In this document: one piece after another, positions 24,801 through 39,856 of the stretch
Position numbering within the stretch: position 1 is the first letter of the stretch
How the letters are laid out: each line of letters starts with the position of its first letter
Assembly (NCBI RefSeq): GCF_009914755.1
Contig: NC_060931.1
Origin: the human T2T-CHM13v2.0 reference genome, Homo sapiens
DNA length: 64,000 nucleotides
Reading direction: 5' to 3' (one strand)
Made by a program: the position numbers and the translations under genes
The notes under the pieces: generated by a model
What the model was told of the DNA's origin: nothing
What the model saw: the letters and a program-made list of their open reading frames with translations, nothing else
The model's database searches: none

Positions 24801-27800
24801 GGTGGAGATTTCAAGCGATTTGAGGACAATTGCAGAAAAGGAAATATCTTCGTATAATAACCAGACAGAAACATTCTCAGAAAGTGCTTTGTGATGTGTG
24901 CGTTCAACTCACAGAGTTTAACCTTTCTTTTCATAGAGGAGTTTGGAAACACACTGTTTGTAAAGTCTGCAAGTGGATATATGGACCTGTTTGAGGCCTT
25001 CGTTGGAAACGGGATTTCTTCATTGAATGCTAGACGGAAGAATTCTCAGTAAATTCTTTGTGTTGTGTGCATTCAACTCACAGAGTGGAACGTCCCTTTA
25101 GACAGAGCAGATTTGAAACACTCTTTTTGCGGAATTTGCAAGTGGAGATTTCTAGCCATTTGATGCCAACAGTAGAAAGGGAAATATCTTCAAATAAAAA
25201 CCAGACAGAATCATTCTCAGAAAATTCTTTGTGATGTGTGCGTTCAACTCACATAGTTTAACCTTTCTTTTCATAGAGCAGTTTGGAAACACTCTGTTTG
25301 TAAAGTCTGCAAGTGGATATATGGACCGCATTGAGGCCTTCGTTGGAAACGGGATTTCTTCATTTCATGCTAGACAGAAGAATTCTCAGTAACTTCTTTG
25401 TGCTGTGTGTATTCAACTCACAGAGTGGAACGTCCCTTTGCACAGAGCAGATTTGAAACACTCTTTTTTTGGAGTTTGCAAGTGGAGATTTCAAGCGATT
25501 TGATGCCAACAGTAGAAAAGGAAATATCTTCAAATAAAAACTAGACAGAATCATTCTCAGAAACTACTTTGTGATGTGTGCCTTCAACTCACAGAGTTTA
25601 ACCTTTCTTTTCTTAGAGCAGTTTAGAAACACTCTGCTTGTTATGTCTGCAAGTGGATATTTGGACCTCTTTGAGGCCTTCGTTGCAAACGGGGTTTCTT
25701 CCTTTCATGCTAGACTAAGAAGAGTTCTCAGTAACTTTTTTGTGTTGTGTGTATTCAACTCACAGAGTTGAACCTTGCTTTAGAGAGAGCAGATTTGAAA
25801 CACTCTTGCTGTGGCATTTTCAGGTGGAGATTTCAAGCGATTTGAGGACAATTGCAGAAAAGGAAATATCTTCGTATAATAACCAGACAGAATCATTCTC
25901 AGAAAGTGCTTTGTGATGTGTGCGTTCAACTCACAGAGTTTAACCTTTCTTTTCATAGAGGAGTTTGGAAACACACTGTTTGTAAAGTCTGCAAGTGGAT
26001 ATATGGACCTGTTTGAGGCCTTCGTTGGAAACGGGATTTCTTCATTGAATGCTAGACGGAAGAATTCTCAGTAAATTCTTTGTGTTGTGTGCATTCAACT
26101 CACAGAGTGGGACGTCCCTTTAGACAGAGCAGATTTGAAACACTCTTTTTGCGGAATTTGCAAGTGGAGATTTCTAGCCATTTGATGCCAACAGTAGAAA
26201 GGGAAATATCTTCAAATAAAAACCAGACAGAATCATTCTCAGAAAATTCTTTGTGATGTGTGCGTTCAACTCACATAGTTTAACCTTTCTTTTCATAGAG
26301 CAGTTTGGAAACACTCTGTTTGTAAAGTCTGCAAGTGGATATATGGACCGCATTGAGGCCTTCGTTGGAAACGGGATTTCTTCATTTCATGCTAGACAGA
26401 AGAATTCTCAGTAACTTCTTTGTGCTGTGTGTATTCAACTCACAGAGTGGAACGTCCCTTTGCACAGAGCAGATTTGAAACACTCTTTTTGTGGAGTTTG
26501 CAAGTGGAGATTTCAAGCGATTTGATGCCAACAGTAGAAAAGGAAATATCTTCAAATAAAAACTAGACAGAATCATTCTCAGAAACTACTTTGTGATGTG
26601 TGCCTTCAACTCACAGAGTTTAACCTTTCTTTTCTTAGAGCAGTTTAGAAACACTCTGCTTGTTATGTCTGCAAGTGGATATTTGGACCTCTTTGAGGCC
26701 TTCGTTGCAAACGGGGTTTCTTCCTTTCATGCTAGACTAAGAAGAGTTCTCAGTAACTTTTTTGTGTTGTGTGTATTCAACTCACAGAGTTGAACCTTGC
26801 TTTAGAGAGAGCAGATTTGAAACACTCTTGCTGTGGCATTTTCAGGTGGAGATTTCAAGCGATTTGAGGAGAATTGCAGAAAAGGAAATATCTTCGTATA
26901 ATAACCAGACAGAATCATTCTCAGAAAGTGCTTTGTGATGTGTGCGTTCAACTCACAGAGTTTAACCTTTCTTTTCATAGAGGAGTTTGGAAACACACTG
27001 TTTGTAAAGTCTGCAAGTGGATATATGGACCTGTTTGAGGCCTTCGTTGGAAACGGGATTTCTTCATTGAATGCTAGACGGAAGAATTCTCAGTAAATTC
27101 TTTGTGTTGTGTGCATTCAACTCACAGAGTGGAACGTCCCTTTAGACAGAGCAGATTTGAAACACTCTTTTTGCGGAATTTGCAAGTGGAGATTTCTAGC
27201 CATTTGATGCCAACAGTAGAAAGGGAAATATCTTCAAATAAAAACCAGACAGAATCATTCTCAGAAAATTCTTTGTGATGTGTGCGTTCAACTCACATAG
27301 TTTAACCTTTCTTTTCATAGAGCAGTTTGGAAACACTCTGTTTGTAAAGTCTGCAAGTGGATATATGGACCGCATTGAGGCCTTCGTTGGAAACGGGATT
27401 TCTTCATTTCATGCTAGACAGAAGAATTCTCAGTAACTTCTTTGTGCTGTGTGTATTCAACTCACAGAGTGGAACGTCCCTTTGCACAGAGCAGATTTGA
27501 AACACTCTTTTTTTGGAGTTTGCAAGTGGAGATTTCAAGCGATTTGATGCCAACAGTAGAAAAGGAAATATCTTCAAATAAAAACTAGACAGAATCATTC
27601 TCAGAAACTACTTTGTGATGTGTGCCTTCAACTCACAGAGTTTAACCTTTCTTTTCTTAGAGCAGTTTAGAAACACTCTGCTTGTTATGTCTGCAAGTGG
27701 ATATTTGGACCTCTTTGAGGCCTTCGTTGCAAACGGGGTTTCTTCCTTTCATGCTAGACTAAGAAGAGTTCTCAGTAACTTTTTTGTGTTGTGTGTATTC

Positions 27801-28616
27801 AACTCACAGAGTTGAACCTTGCTTTAGAGAGAGCAGATTTGAAACACTCTTGCTGTGGCATTTTCAGGTGGAGATTTCAAGCGATTTGAGGACAATTGCA
27901 GAAAAGGAAATATCTTCGTATAATAACCAGACAGAAACATTCTCAGAAAGTGCTTTGTGATGTGTGCGTTCAACTCACAGAGTTTAACCTTTCTTTTCAT
28001 AGAGGAGTTTGGAAACACACTGTTTGTAAAGTCTGCAAGTGGATATATGGACCTGTTTGAGGCCTTCGTTGGAAACGGGATTTCTTCATTGAATGCTAGA
28101 CGGAAGAATTCTCAGTAAATTCTTTGTGTTGTGTGCATTCAACTCACAGAGTGGAACGTCCCTTTAGACAGAGCAGATTTGAAACACTCTTTTTGCGGAA
28201 TTTGCAAGTGGAGATTTCTAGCCATTTGATGCCAACAGTAGAAAGGGAAATATCTTCAAATAAAAACCAGACAGAATCATTCTCAGAAAATTCTTTGTGA
28301 TGTGTGCGTTCAACTCACATAGTTTAACCTTTCTTTTCATAGAGCAGTTTGGAAACACTCTGTTTGTAAAGTCTGCAAGTGGATATATGGACCGCATTGA
28401 GGCCTTCGTTGGAAACGGGATTTCTTCATTTCATGCTAGACAGAAGAATTCTCAGTAACTTCTTTGTGCTGTGTGTATTCAACTCACAGAGTGGAACGTC
28501 CCTTTGCACAGAGCAGATTTGAAACACTCTTTTTGTGGAGTTTGCAAGTGGAGATTTCAAGCGATTTGATGCCAACAGTAGAAAAGGAAATATCTTCAAA
28601 TAAAAACTAGACAGAA

Positions 28617-29637
28617 TCATTCTCAGAAACTACTTTGTGATGTGTGCCTTCAACTCACAGAGTTTAACCTTTCTTTTCTTAGAGCAGTTTAGAAACACTC
28701 TGCTTGTTATGTCTGCAAGTGGATATTTGGACCTCTTTGAGGCCTTCGTTGCAAACGGGGTTTCTTCCTTTCATGCTAGACTAAGAAGAGTTCTCAGTAA
28801 CTTTTTGGTGTTGTGTGTATTCAACTCACAGAGTTGAACCTTGCTTTAGAGAGAGCAGATTTGAAACACTCTTGCTGTGGCATTTTCAGGTGGAGATTTC
28901 AAGCGATTTGAGGACAATTGCAGAAAAGGAAATATCTTCGTATAATAACCAGACAGAATCATTCTCAGAAAGTGCTTTGTGATGTGTGCGTTCAACTCAC
29001 AGAGTTTAACCTTTCTTTTCATAGAGGAGTTTGGAAACACACTGTTTGTAAAGTCTGCAAGTGGATATATGGACCTGTTTGAGGCCTTCGTTGGAAACGG
29101 GATTTCTTCATTGAATGCTAGACGGAAGAATTCTCAGTAAATTCTTTGTGTTGTGTGCATTCAACTCACAGAGTGGGACGTCCCTTTAGACAGAGCAGAT
29201 TTGAAACACTCTTTTTGCGGAATTTGCAAGTGGAGATTTCTAGCCATTTGATGCCAACAGTAGAAAGGGAAATATCTTCAAATAAAAACCAGACAGAATC
29301 ATTCTCAGAAAATTCTTTGTGATGTGTGCGTTCAACTCACATAGTTTAACCTTTCTTTTCATAGAGCAGTTTGGAAACACTCTGTTTGTAAAGTCTGCAA
29401 GTGGATATATGGACCGCATTGAGGCCTTCGTTGGAAACGGGATTTCTTCATTTCATGTAGACAGAAGAATTCTCAGTAACTTCTTTGTGCTGTGTGTATT
29501 CAACTCACAGAGTGGAACGTCCCTTTGCACAGAGCAGATTTGAAACACTCTTTTTGTGGAGTTTGCAAGTGGAGATTTCAAGCGATTTGATGCCAACAGT
29601 AGAAAAGGAAATATCTTCAAATAAAAACTAGACAGAA
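28617..29637 (+). repeat. 1021-bp HOR unit with a 1-bp deletion (CATGCTAG>CATGTAG near 29457)
   Basis: The ORF phase shifts by 1021 (28637 to 29658) and the sequence reads tttcatgtag at 29451-29460. Confidence 0.9.
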
Positions 29638-32600
29638 TCATTCTCAGAAACTACTTTGTGATGTGTGCCTTCAACTCACAGAGTTTAACCTTTCTTTTCT
29701 TAGAGCAGTTTAGAAACACTCTGCTTGTTATGTCTGCAAGTGGATATTTGGACCTCTTTGAGGCCTTCGTTGCAAACGGGGTTTCTTCCTTTCATGCTAG
29801 ACTAAGAAGAGTTCTCAGTAACTTTTTTGTGTTGTGTGTATTCAACTCACAGAGTTGAACCTTGCTTTAGAGAGAGCAGATTTGAAACACTCTTGCTGTG
29901 GCATTTTCAGGTGGAGATTTCAAGCGATTTGAGGACAATTGCAGAAAAGGAAATATCTTCGTATAATAACCAGACAGAATCATTCTCAGAAAGTGCTTTG
30001 TGATGTGTGCGTTCAACTCACAGAGTTTAACCTTTCTTTTCATAGAGGAGTTTGGAAACACACTGTTTGTAAAGTCTGCAAGTGGATATATGGACCTGTT
30101 TGAGGCCTTCGTTGGAAACGGGATTTCTTCATTGAATGCTAGACGGAAGAATTCTCAGTAAATTCTTTGTGTTGTGTGCATTCAACTCACAGAGTGGAAC
30201 GTCCCTTTAGACAGAGCAGATTTGAAACACTCTTTTTGCGGAATTTGCAAGTGGAGATTTCTAGCCATTTGATGCCAACAGTAGAAAGGGAAATATCTTC
30301 AAATAAAAACCAGACAGAATCATTCTCAGAAAATTCTTTGTGATGTGTGCGTTCAACTCACATAGTTTAACCTTTCTTTTCATAGAGCAGTTTGGAAACA
30401 CTCTGTTTGTAAAGTCTGCAAGTGGATATATGGACCGCATTGAGGCCTTCGTTGGAAACGGGATTTCTTCATTTCATGCTAGACAGAAGAATTCTCAGTA
30501 ACTTCTTTGTGCTGTGTGTATTCAACTCACAGAGTGGAACGTCCCTTTGCACAGAGCAGATTTGAAACACTCTTTTTTTGGAGTTTGCAAGTGGAGATTT
30601 CAAGCGATTTGATGCCAACAGTAGAAAAGGAAATATCTTCAAATAAAAACTAGACAGAATCATTCTCAGAAACTACTTTGTGATGTGTGCCTTCAACTCA
30701 CAGAGTTTAACCTTTCTTTTCTTAGAGCAGTTTAGAAACACTCTGCTTGTTATGTCTGCAAGTGGATATTTGGACCTCTTTGAGGCCTTCGTTGCAAACG
30801 GGGTTTCTTCCTTTCATGCTAGACTAAGAAGAGTTCTCAGTAACTTTTTTGTGTTGTGTGTATTCAACTCACAGAGTTGAACCTTGCTTTAGAGAGAGCA
30901 GATTTGAAACACTCTTGCTGTGGCATTTTCAGGTGGAGATTTCAAGCGATTTGAGGACAATTGCAGAAAAGGAAATATCTTCGTATAATAACCAGACAGA
31001 ATCATTCTCAGAAAGTGCTTTGTGATGTGTGCGTTCAACTCACAGAGTTTAACCTTTCTTTTCATAGAGGAGTTTGGAAACACACTGTTTGTAAAGTCTG
31101 CAAGTGGATATATGGACCTGTTTGAGGCCTTCGTTGGAAACGGGATTTCTTCATTGAATGCTAGACGGAAGAATTCTCAGTAAATTCTTTGTGTTGTGTG
31201 CATTCAACTCACAGAGTGGGACGTCCCTTTAGACAGAGCAGATTTGAAACACTCTTTTTGCGGAATTTGCAAGTGGAGATTTCTAGCCATTTGATGCCAA
31301 CAGTAGAAAGGGAAATATCTTCAAATAAAAACCAGACAGAATCATTCTCAGAAAATTCTTTGTGATGTGTGCGTTCAACTCACATAGTTTAACCTTTCTT
31401 TTCATAGAGCAGTTTGGAAACACTCTGTTTGTAAAGTCTGCAAGTGGATATATGGACCGCATTGAGGCCTTCGTTGGAAACGGGATTTCTTCATTTCATG
31501 CTAGACAGAAGAATTCTCAGTAACTTCTTTGTGCTGTGTGTATTCAACTCACAGAGTGGAACGTCCCTTTGCACAGAGCAGATTTGAAACACTCTTTTTG
31601 TGGAGTTTGCAAGTGGAGATTTCAAGCGATTTGATGCCAACAGTAGAAAAGGAAATATCTTCAAATAAAAACTAGACAGAATCATTCTCAGAAACTACTT
31701 TGTGATGTGTGCCTTCAACTCACAGAGTTTAACCTTTCTTTTCTTAGAGCAGTTTAGAAACACTCTGCTTGTTATGTCTGCAAGTGGATATTTGGACCTC
31801 TTTGAGGCCTTCGTTGCAAACGGGGTTTCTTCCTTTCATGCTAGACTAAGAAGAGTTCTCAGTAACTTTTTTGTGTTGTGTGTATTCAACTCACAGAGTT
31901 GAACCTTGCTTTAGAGAGAGCAGATTTGAAACACTCTTGCTGTGGCATTTTCAGGTGGAGATTTCAAGCGATTTGAGGACAATTGCAGAAAAGGAAATAT
32001 CTTCGTATAATAACCAGACAGAATCATTCTCAGAAAGTGCTTTGTGATGTGTGCGTTCAACTCACAGAGTTTAACCTTTCTTTTCATAGAGGAGTTTGGA
32101 AACACACTGTTTGTAAAGTCTGCAAGTGGATATATGGACCTGTTTGAGGCCTTCGTTGGAAACGGGATTTCTTCATTGAATGCTAGACGGAAGAATTCTC
32201 AGTAAATTCTTTGTGTTGTGTGCATTCAACTCACAGAGTGGAACGTCCCTTTAGACAGAGCAGATTTGAAACACTCTTTTTGCGGAATTTGCAAGTGGAG
32301 ATTTCTAGCCATTTGATGCCAACAGTAGAAAGGGAAATATCTTCAAATAAAAACCAGACAGAATCATTCTCAGAAAATTCTTTGTGATGTGTGCGTTCAA
32401 CTCACATAGTTTAACCTTTCTTTTCATAGAGCAGTTTGGAAACACTCTGTTTGTAAAGTCTGCAAGTGGATATATGGACCGCATTGAGGCCTTCGTTGGA
32501 AACGGGATTTCTTCATTTCATGCTAGACAGAAGAATTCTCAGTAACTTCTTTGTGCTGTGTGTATTCAACTCACAGAGTGGAACGTCCCTTTGCACAGAG

Positions 32601-35600
32601 CAGATTTGAAACACTCTTTTTGTGGAGTTTGCAAGTGGAGATTTCAAGCGATTTGATGCCAACAGTAGAAAAGGAAATATCTTCAAATAAAAACTAGACA
32701 GAATCATTCTCAGAAACTACTTTGTGATGTGTGCCTTCAACTCACAGAGTTTAACCTTTCTTTTCTTAGAGCAGTTTAGAAACACTCTGCTTGTTATGTC
32801 TGCAAGTGGATATTTGGACCTCTTTGAGGCCTTCGTTGCAAACGGGGTTTCTTCCTTTCATGCTAGACTAAGAAGAGTTCTCAGTAACTTTTTTGTGTTG
32901 TGTGTATTCAACTCACAGAGTTGAACCTTGCTTTAGAGAGAGCAGATTTGAAACACTCTTGCTGTGGCATTTTCAGGTGGAGATTTCAAGCGATTTGAGG
33001 ACAATTGCAGAAAAGGAAATATCTTCGTATAATAACCAGACAGAATCATTCTCAGAAAGTGCTTTGTGATGTGTGCGTTCAACTCACAGAGTTTAACCTT
33101 TCTTTTCATAGAGGAGTTTGGAAACACACTGTTTGTAAAGTCTGCAAGTGGATATATGGACCTGTTTGAGGCCTTCGTTGGAAACGGGATTTCTTCATTG
33201 AATGCTAGACGGAAGAATTCTCAGTAAATTCTTTGTGTTGTGTGCATTCAACTCACAGAGTGGAACGTCCCTTTAGACAGAGCAGATTTGAAACACTCTT
33301 TTTGCGGAATTTGCAAGTGGAGATTTCTAGCCATTTGATGCCAACAGTAGAAAGGGAAATATCTTCAAATAAAAACCAGACAGAATCATTCTCAGAAAAT
33401 TCTTTGTGATGTGTGCGTTCAACTCACATAGTTTAACCTTTCTTTTCATAGAGCAGTTTGGAAACACTCTGTTTGTAAAGTCTGCAAGTGGATATATGGA
33501 CCGCATTGAGGCCTTCGTTGGAAACGGGATTTCTTCATTTCATGCTAGACAGAAGAATTCTCAGTAACTTCTTTGTGCTGTGTGTATTCAACTCACAGAG
33601 TGGAACGTCCCTTTGCACAGAGCAGATTTGAAACACTCTTTTTGTGGAGTTTGCAAGTGGAGATTTCAAGCGATTTGATGCCAACAGTAGAAAAGGAAAT
33701 ATCTTCAAATAAAAACTAGACAGAATCATTCTCAGAAACTACTTTGTGATGTGTGCCTTCAACTCACAGAGTTTAACCTTTCTTTTCTTAGAGCAGTTTA
33801 GAAACACTCTGCTTGTTATGTCTGCAAGTGGATATTTGGACCTCTTTGAGGCCTTCGTTGCAAACGGGGTTTCTTCCTTTCATGCTAGACTAAGAAGAGT
33901 TCTCAGTAACTTTTTTGTGTTGTGTGTATTCAACTCACAGAGTTGAACCTTGCTTTAGAGAGAGCAGATTTGAAACACTCTTGCTGTGGCATTTTCAGGT
34001 GGAGATTTCAAGCGATTTGAGGACAATTGCAGAAAAGGAAATATCTTCGTATAATAACCAGACAGAATCATTCTCAGAAAGTGCTTTGTGATGTGTGCGT
34101 TCAACTCACAGAGTTTAACCTTTCTTTTCATAGAGGAGTTTGGAAACACACTGTTTGTAAAGTCTGCAAGTGGATATATGGACCTGTTTGAGGCCTTCGT
34201 TGGAAACGGGATTTCTTCATTGAATGCTAGACGGAAGAATTCTCAGTAAATTCTTTGTGTTGTGTGCATTCAACTCACAGAGTGGAACGTCCCTTTAGAC
34301 AGAGCAGATTTGAAACACTCTTTTTGCGGAATTTGCAAGTGGAGATTTCTAGCCATTTGATGCCAACAGTAGAAAGGGAAATATCTTCAAATAAAAACCA
34401 GACAGAATCATTCTCAGAAAATTCTTTGTGATGTGTGCGTTCAACTCACATAGTTTAACCTTTCTTTTCATAGAGCAGTTTGGAAACACTCTGTTTGTAA
34501 AGTCTGCAAGTGGATATATGGACCGCATTGAGGCCTTCGTTGGAAACGGGATTTCTTCATTTCATGCTAGACAGAAGAATTCTCAGTAACTTCTTTGTGC
34601 TGTGTGTATTCAACTCACAGAGTGGAACGTCCCTTTGCACAGAGCAGATTTGAAACACTCTTTTTGTGGAGTTTGCAAGTGGAGATTTCAAGCGATTTGA
34701 TGCCAACAGTAGAAAAGGAAATATCTTCAAATAAAAACTAGACAGAATCATTCTCAGAATCTACTTTGTGATGTGTGCCTTCAACTCACAGAGTTTAACC
34801 TTTCTTTTCTTAGAGCAGTTTAGAAACACTCTGCTTGTTATGTCTGCAAGTGGATATTTGGACCTCTTTGAGGCCTTCGTTGCAAACGGGGTTTCTTCCT
34901 TTCATGCTAGACTAAGAAGAGTTCTCAGTAACTTTTTTGTGTTGTGTGTATTCAACTCACAGAGTTGAACCTTGCTTTAGAGAGAGCAGATTTGAAACAC
35001 TCTTGCTGTGGCATTTTCAGGTGGAGATTTCAAGCGATTTGAGGACAATTGCAGAAAAGGAAATATCTTCGTATAATAACCAGACAGAATCATTCTCAGA
35101 AAGTGCTTTGTGATGTGTGCGTTCAACTCACAGAGTTTAACCTTTCTTTTCATAGAGGAGTTTGGAAACACACTGTTTGTAAAGTCTGCAAGTGGATATA
35201 TGGACCTGTTTGAGGCCTTCGTTGGAAACGGGATTTCTTCATTGAATGCTAGACGGAAGAATTCTCAGTAAATTCTTTGTGTTGTGTGCATTCAACTCAC
35301 AGAGTGGGACGTCCCTTTAGACAGAGCAGATTTGAAACACTCTTTTTGCGGAATTTGCAAGTGGAGATTTCTAGCCATTTGATGCCAACAGTAGAAAGGG
35401 AAATATCTTCAAATAAAAACCAGACAGAATCATTCTCAGAAAATTCTTTGTGATGTGTGCGTTCAACTCACATAGTTTAACCTTTCTTTTCATAGAGCAG
35501 TTTGGAAACACTCTGTTTGTAAAGTCTGCAAGTGGATATATGGACCGCATTGAGGCCTTCGTTGGAAACGGGATTTCTTCATTTCATGCTAGACAGAAGA

Positions 35601-38600
35601 ATTCTCAGTAACTTCTTTGTGCTGTGTGTATTCAACTCACAGAGTGGAACGTCCCTTTGCACAGAGCAGATTTGAAACACTCTTTTTGTGGAGTTTGCAA
35701 GTGGAGATTTCAAGCGATTTGATGCCAACAGTAGAAAAGGAAATATCTTCAAATAAAAACTAGACAGAATCATTCTCAGAAACTACTTTGTGATGTGTGC
35801 CTTCAACTCACAGAGTTTAACCTTTCTTTTCTTAGAGCAGTTTAGAAACACTCTGCTTGTTATGTCTGCAAGTGGATATTTGGACCTCTTTGAGGCCTTC
35901 GTTGCAAACGGGGTTTCTTCCTTTCATGCTAGACTAAGAAGAGTTCTCAGTAACTTTTTTGTGTTGTGTGTATTCAACTCACAGAGTTGAACCTTGCTTT
36001 AGAGAGAGCAGATTTGAAACACTCTTGCTGTGGCATTTTCAGGTGGAGATTTCAAGCGATTTGAGGACAATTGCAGAAAAGGAAATATCTTCGTATAATA
36101 ACCAGACAGAATCATTCTCAGAAAGTGCTTTGTGATGTGTGCGTTCAACTCACAGAGTTTAACCTTTCTTTTCATAGAGGAGTTTGGAAACACACTGTTT
36201 GTAAAGTCTGCAAGTGGATATATGGACCTGTTTGAGGCCTTCGTTGGAAACGGGATTTCTTCATTGAATGCTAGACGGAAGAATTCTCAGTAAATTCTTT
36301 GTGTTGTGTGCATTCAACTCACAGAGTGGAACGTCCCTTTAGACAGAGCAGATTTGAAACACTCTTTTTGCGGAATTTGCAAGTGGAGATTTCTAGCCAT
36401 TTGATGCCAACAGTAGAAAGGGAAATATCTTCAAATAAAAACCAGACAGAATCATTCTCAGAAAATTCTTTGTGATGTGTGCGTTCAACTCACATAGTTT
36501 AACCTTTCTTTTCATAGAGCAGTTTGGAAACACTCTGTTTGTAAAGTCTGCAAGTGGATATATGGACCGCATTGAGGCCTTCGTTGGAAACGGGATTTCT
36601 TCATTTCATGCTAGTCAGAAGAATTCTCAGTAACTTCTTTGTGCTGTGTGTATTCAACTCACAGAGTGGAACGTCCCTTTGCACAGAGCAGATTTGAAAC
36701 ACTCTTTTTGTGGAGTTTGCAAGTGGAGATTTCAAGCGATTTGATGCCAACAGTAGAAAAGGAAATATCTTCAAATAAAAACTAGACAGAATCATTCTCA
36801 GAAACTACTTTGTGATGTGTGCCTTCAACTCACAGAGTTTAACCTTTCTTTTCTTAGAGCAGTTTAGAAACACTCTGCTTGTTATGTCTGCAAGTGGATA
36901 TTTGGACCTCTTTGAGGCCTTCGTTGCAAACGGGGTTTCTTCCTTTCATGCTAGACTAAGAAGAGTTCTCACTAATTTTTTTGTGTTGTGTGTATTCAAC
37001 TCACAGAGTTGAACCTTGCTTTAGAGAGAGCAGATTTGAAACACTCTTGCTGTGGCATTTTCAGGTGGAGATTTCAAGCGATTTGAGGACAATTGCAGAA
37101 AAGGAAATATCTTCGTATAATAACCAGACAGAATCATTCTCAGAAAGTGCTTTGTGATGTGTGCGTTCAACTCACAGAGTTTAACCTTTCTTTTCATAGA
37201 GGAGTTTGGAAACACACTGTTTGTAAAGTCTGCAAGTGGATATATGGACCTGTTTGAGGCCTTCGTTGGAAACGGGATTTCTTCATTGAATGCTAGACGG
37301 AAGAATTCTCAGTAAATTCTTTGTGTTGTGTGCATTCAACTCACAGAGTGGGACGTCCCTTTAGACAGAGCAGATTTGAAACACTCTTTTTGCGGAATTT
37401 GCAAGTGGAGATTTCTAGCCATTTGATGCCAACAGTAGAAAGGGAAATATCTTCAAATAAAAACCAGACAGAATCATTCTCAGAAAATTCTTTGTGATGT
37501 GTGCGTTCAACTCACATAGTTTAACCTTTCTTTTCATAGAGCAGTTTGGAAACACTCTGTTTGTAAAGTCTGCAAGTGGATATATGGACCGCATTGAGGC
37601 CTTCGTTGGAAACGGGATTTCTTCATTTCATGCTAGACAGAAGAATTCTCAGTAACTTCTTTGTGCTGTGTGTATTCAACTCACAGAGTGGAACGTCCCT
37701 TTGCACAGAGCAGATTTGAAACACTCTTTTTGTGGAGTTTGCAAGTGGAGATTTCAAGCGATTTGATGCCAACAGTAGAAAAGGAAATATCTTCAAATAA
37801 AAACTAGACAGAATCATTCTCAGAAACTACTTTGTGATGTGTGCCTTCAACTCACAGAGTTTAACCTTTCTTTTCTTAGAGCAGTTTAGAAACACTCTGC
37901 TTGTTATGTCTGCAAGTGGATATTTGGACCTCTTTGAGGCCTTCGTTGCAAACGGGGTTTCTTCCTTTCATGCTAGACTAAGAAGAGTTCTCAGTAACTT
38001 TTTTGTGTTGTGTGTATTCAACTCACAGAGTTGAACCTTGCTTTAGAGAGAGCAGATTTGAAACACTCTTGCTGTGGCATTTTCAGGTGGAGATTTCAAG
38101 CGATTTGAGGACAATTGCAGAAAAGGAAATATCTTCGTATAATAACCAGACAGAATCATTCTCAGAAAGTGCTTTGTGATGTGTGCGTTCAACTCACAGA
38201 GTTTAACCTTTCTTTTCATAGAGGAGTTTGGAAACACACTGTTTGTAAAGTCTGCAAGTGGATATATGGACCTGTTTGAGGCCTTCGTTGGAAACGGGAT
38301 TTCTTCATTGAATGCTAGACGGAAGAATTCTCAGTAAATTCTTTGTGTTGTGTGCATTCAACTCACAGAGTGGAACGTCCCTTTAGACAGAGCAGATTTG
38401 AAACACTCTTTTTGCGGAATTTGCAAGTGGAGATTTCTAGCCATTTGATGCCAACAGTAGAAAGGGAAATATCTTCAAATAAAAACCAGACAGAATCATT
38501 CTCAGAAAATTCTTTGTGATGTGTGCGTTCAACTCACATAGTTTAACCTTTCTTTTCATAGAGCAGTTTGGAAACACTCTGTTTGTAAAGTCTGCAAGTG

Positions 38601-38835
38601 GATATATGGACCGCATTGAGGCCTTCGTTGGAAACGGGATTTCTTCATTTCATGCTAGACAGAAGAATTCTCAGTAACTTCTTTGTGCTGTGTGTATTCA
38701 ACTCACAGAGTGGAACGTCCCTTTGCACAGAGCAGATTTGAAACACTCTTTTTGTGGAGTTTGCAAGTGGAGATTTCAAGCGATTTGATGCCAACAGTAG
38801 AAAAGGAAATATCTTCAAATAAAAACTAGACAGAA

Positions 38836-39856
38836 TCATTCTCAGAATCTACTTTGTGATGTGTGCCTTCAACTCACAGAGTTTAACCTTTCTTTTCTTA
38901 GAGCAGTTTAGAAACACTCTGCTTGTTATGTCTGCAAGTGGATATTTGGACCTCTTTGAGGCCTTCGTTGCAAACGGGTTTCTTCCTTTCATGCTAGACT
39001 AAGAAGAGTTCTCAGTAACTTTTTTGTGTTGTGTGTATTCAACTCACAGAGTTGAACCTTGCTTTAGAGAGAGCAGATTTGAAACACTCTTGCTGTGGCA
39101 TTTTCAGGTGGAGATTTCAAGCGATTTGAGGACAATTGCAGAAAAGGAAATATCTTCGTATAATAACCAGACAGAATCATTCTCAGAAAGTGCTTTGTGA
39201 TGTGTGCGTTCAACTCACAGAGTTTAACCTTTCTTTTCATAGAGGAGTTTGGAAACACACTGTTTGTAAAGTCTGCAAGTGGATATATGGACCTGTTTGA
39301 GGCCTTCGTTGGAAACGGGATTTCTTCATTGAATGCTAGACGGAAGAATTCTCAGTAAATTCTTTGTGTTGTGTGCATTCAACTCACAGAGTGGGACGTC
39401 CCTTTAGACAGAGCAGATTTGAAACACTCTTTTTGCGGAATTTGCAAGTGGAGATTTCTAGCCATTTGATGCCAACAGTAGAAAGGGAAATATCTTCAAA
39501 TAAAAACCAGACAGAATCATTCTCAGAAAATTCTTTGTGATGTGTGCGTTCAACTCACATAGTTTAACCTTTCTTTTCATAGAGCAGTTTGGAAACACTC
39601 TGTTTGTAAAGTCTGCAAGTGGATATATGGACCGCATTGAGGCCTTCGTTGGAAACGGGATTTCTTCATTTCATGCTAGACAGAAGAATTCTCAGTAACT
39701 TCTTTGTGCTGTGTGTATTCAACTCACAGAGTGGAACGTCCCTTTGCACAGAGCAGATTTGAAACACTCTTTTTGTGGAGTTTGCAAGTGGAGATTTCAA
39801 GCGATTTGATGCCAACAGTAGAAAAGGAAATATCTTCAAATAAAAACTAGACAGAA
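38836..39856 (+). repeat. 1021-bp HOR unit with a 1-bp G deletion at the 3' end of the dimer-1 CENP-B box (AAACGGGG>AAACGGG)
   Basis: Reads caaacgggtt at 38971-38980. The + ORF is missing for this unit and the phase shifts by -1. The CGGG core is retained. Confidence 0.9.
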
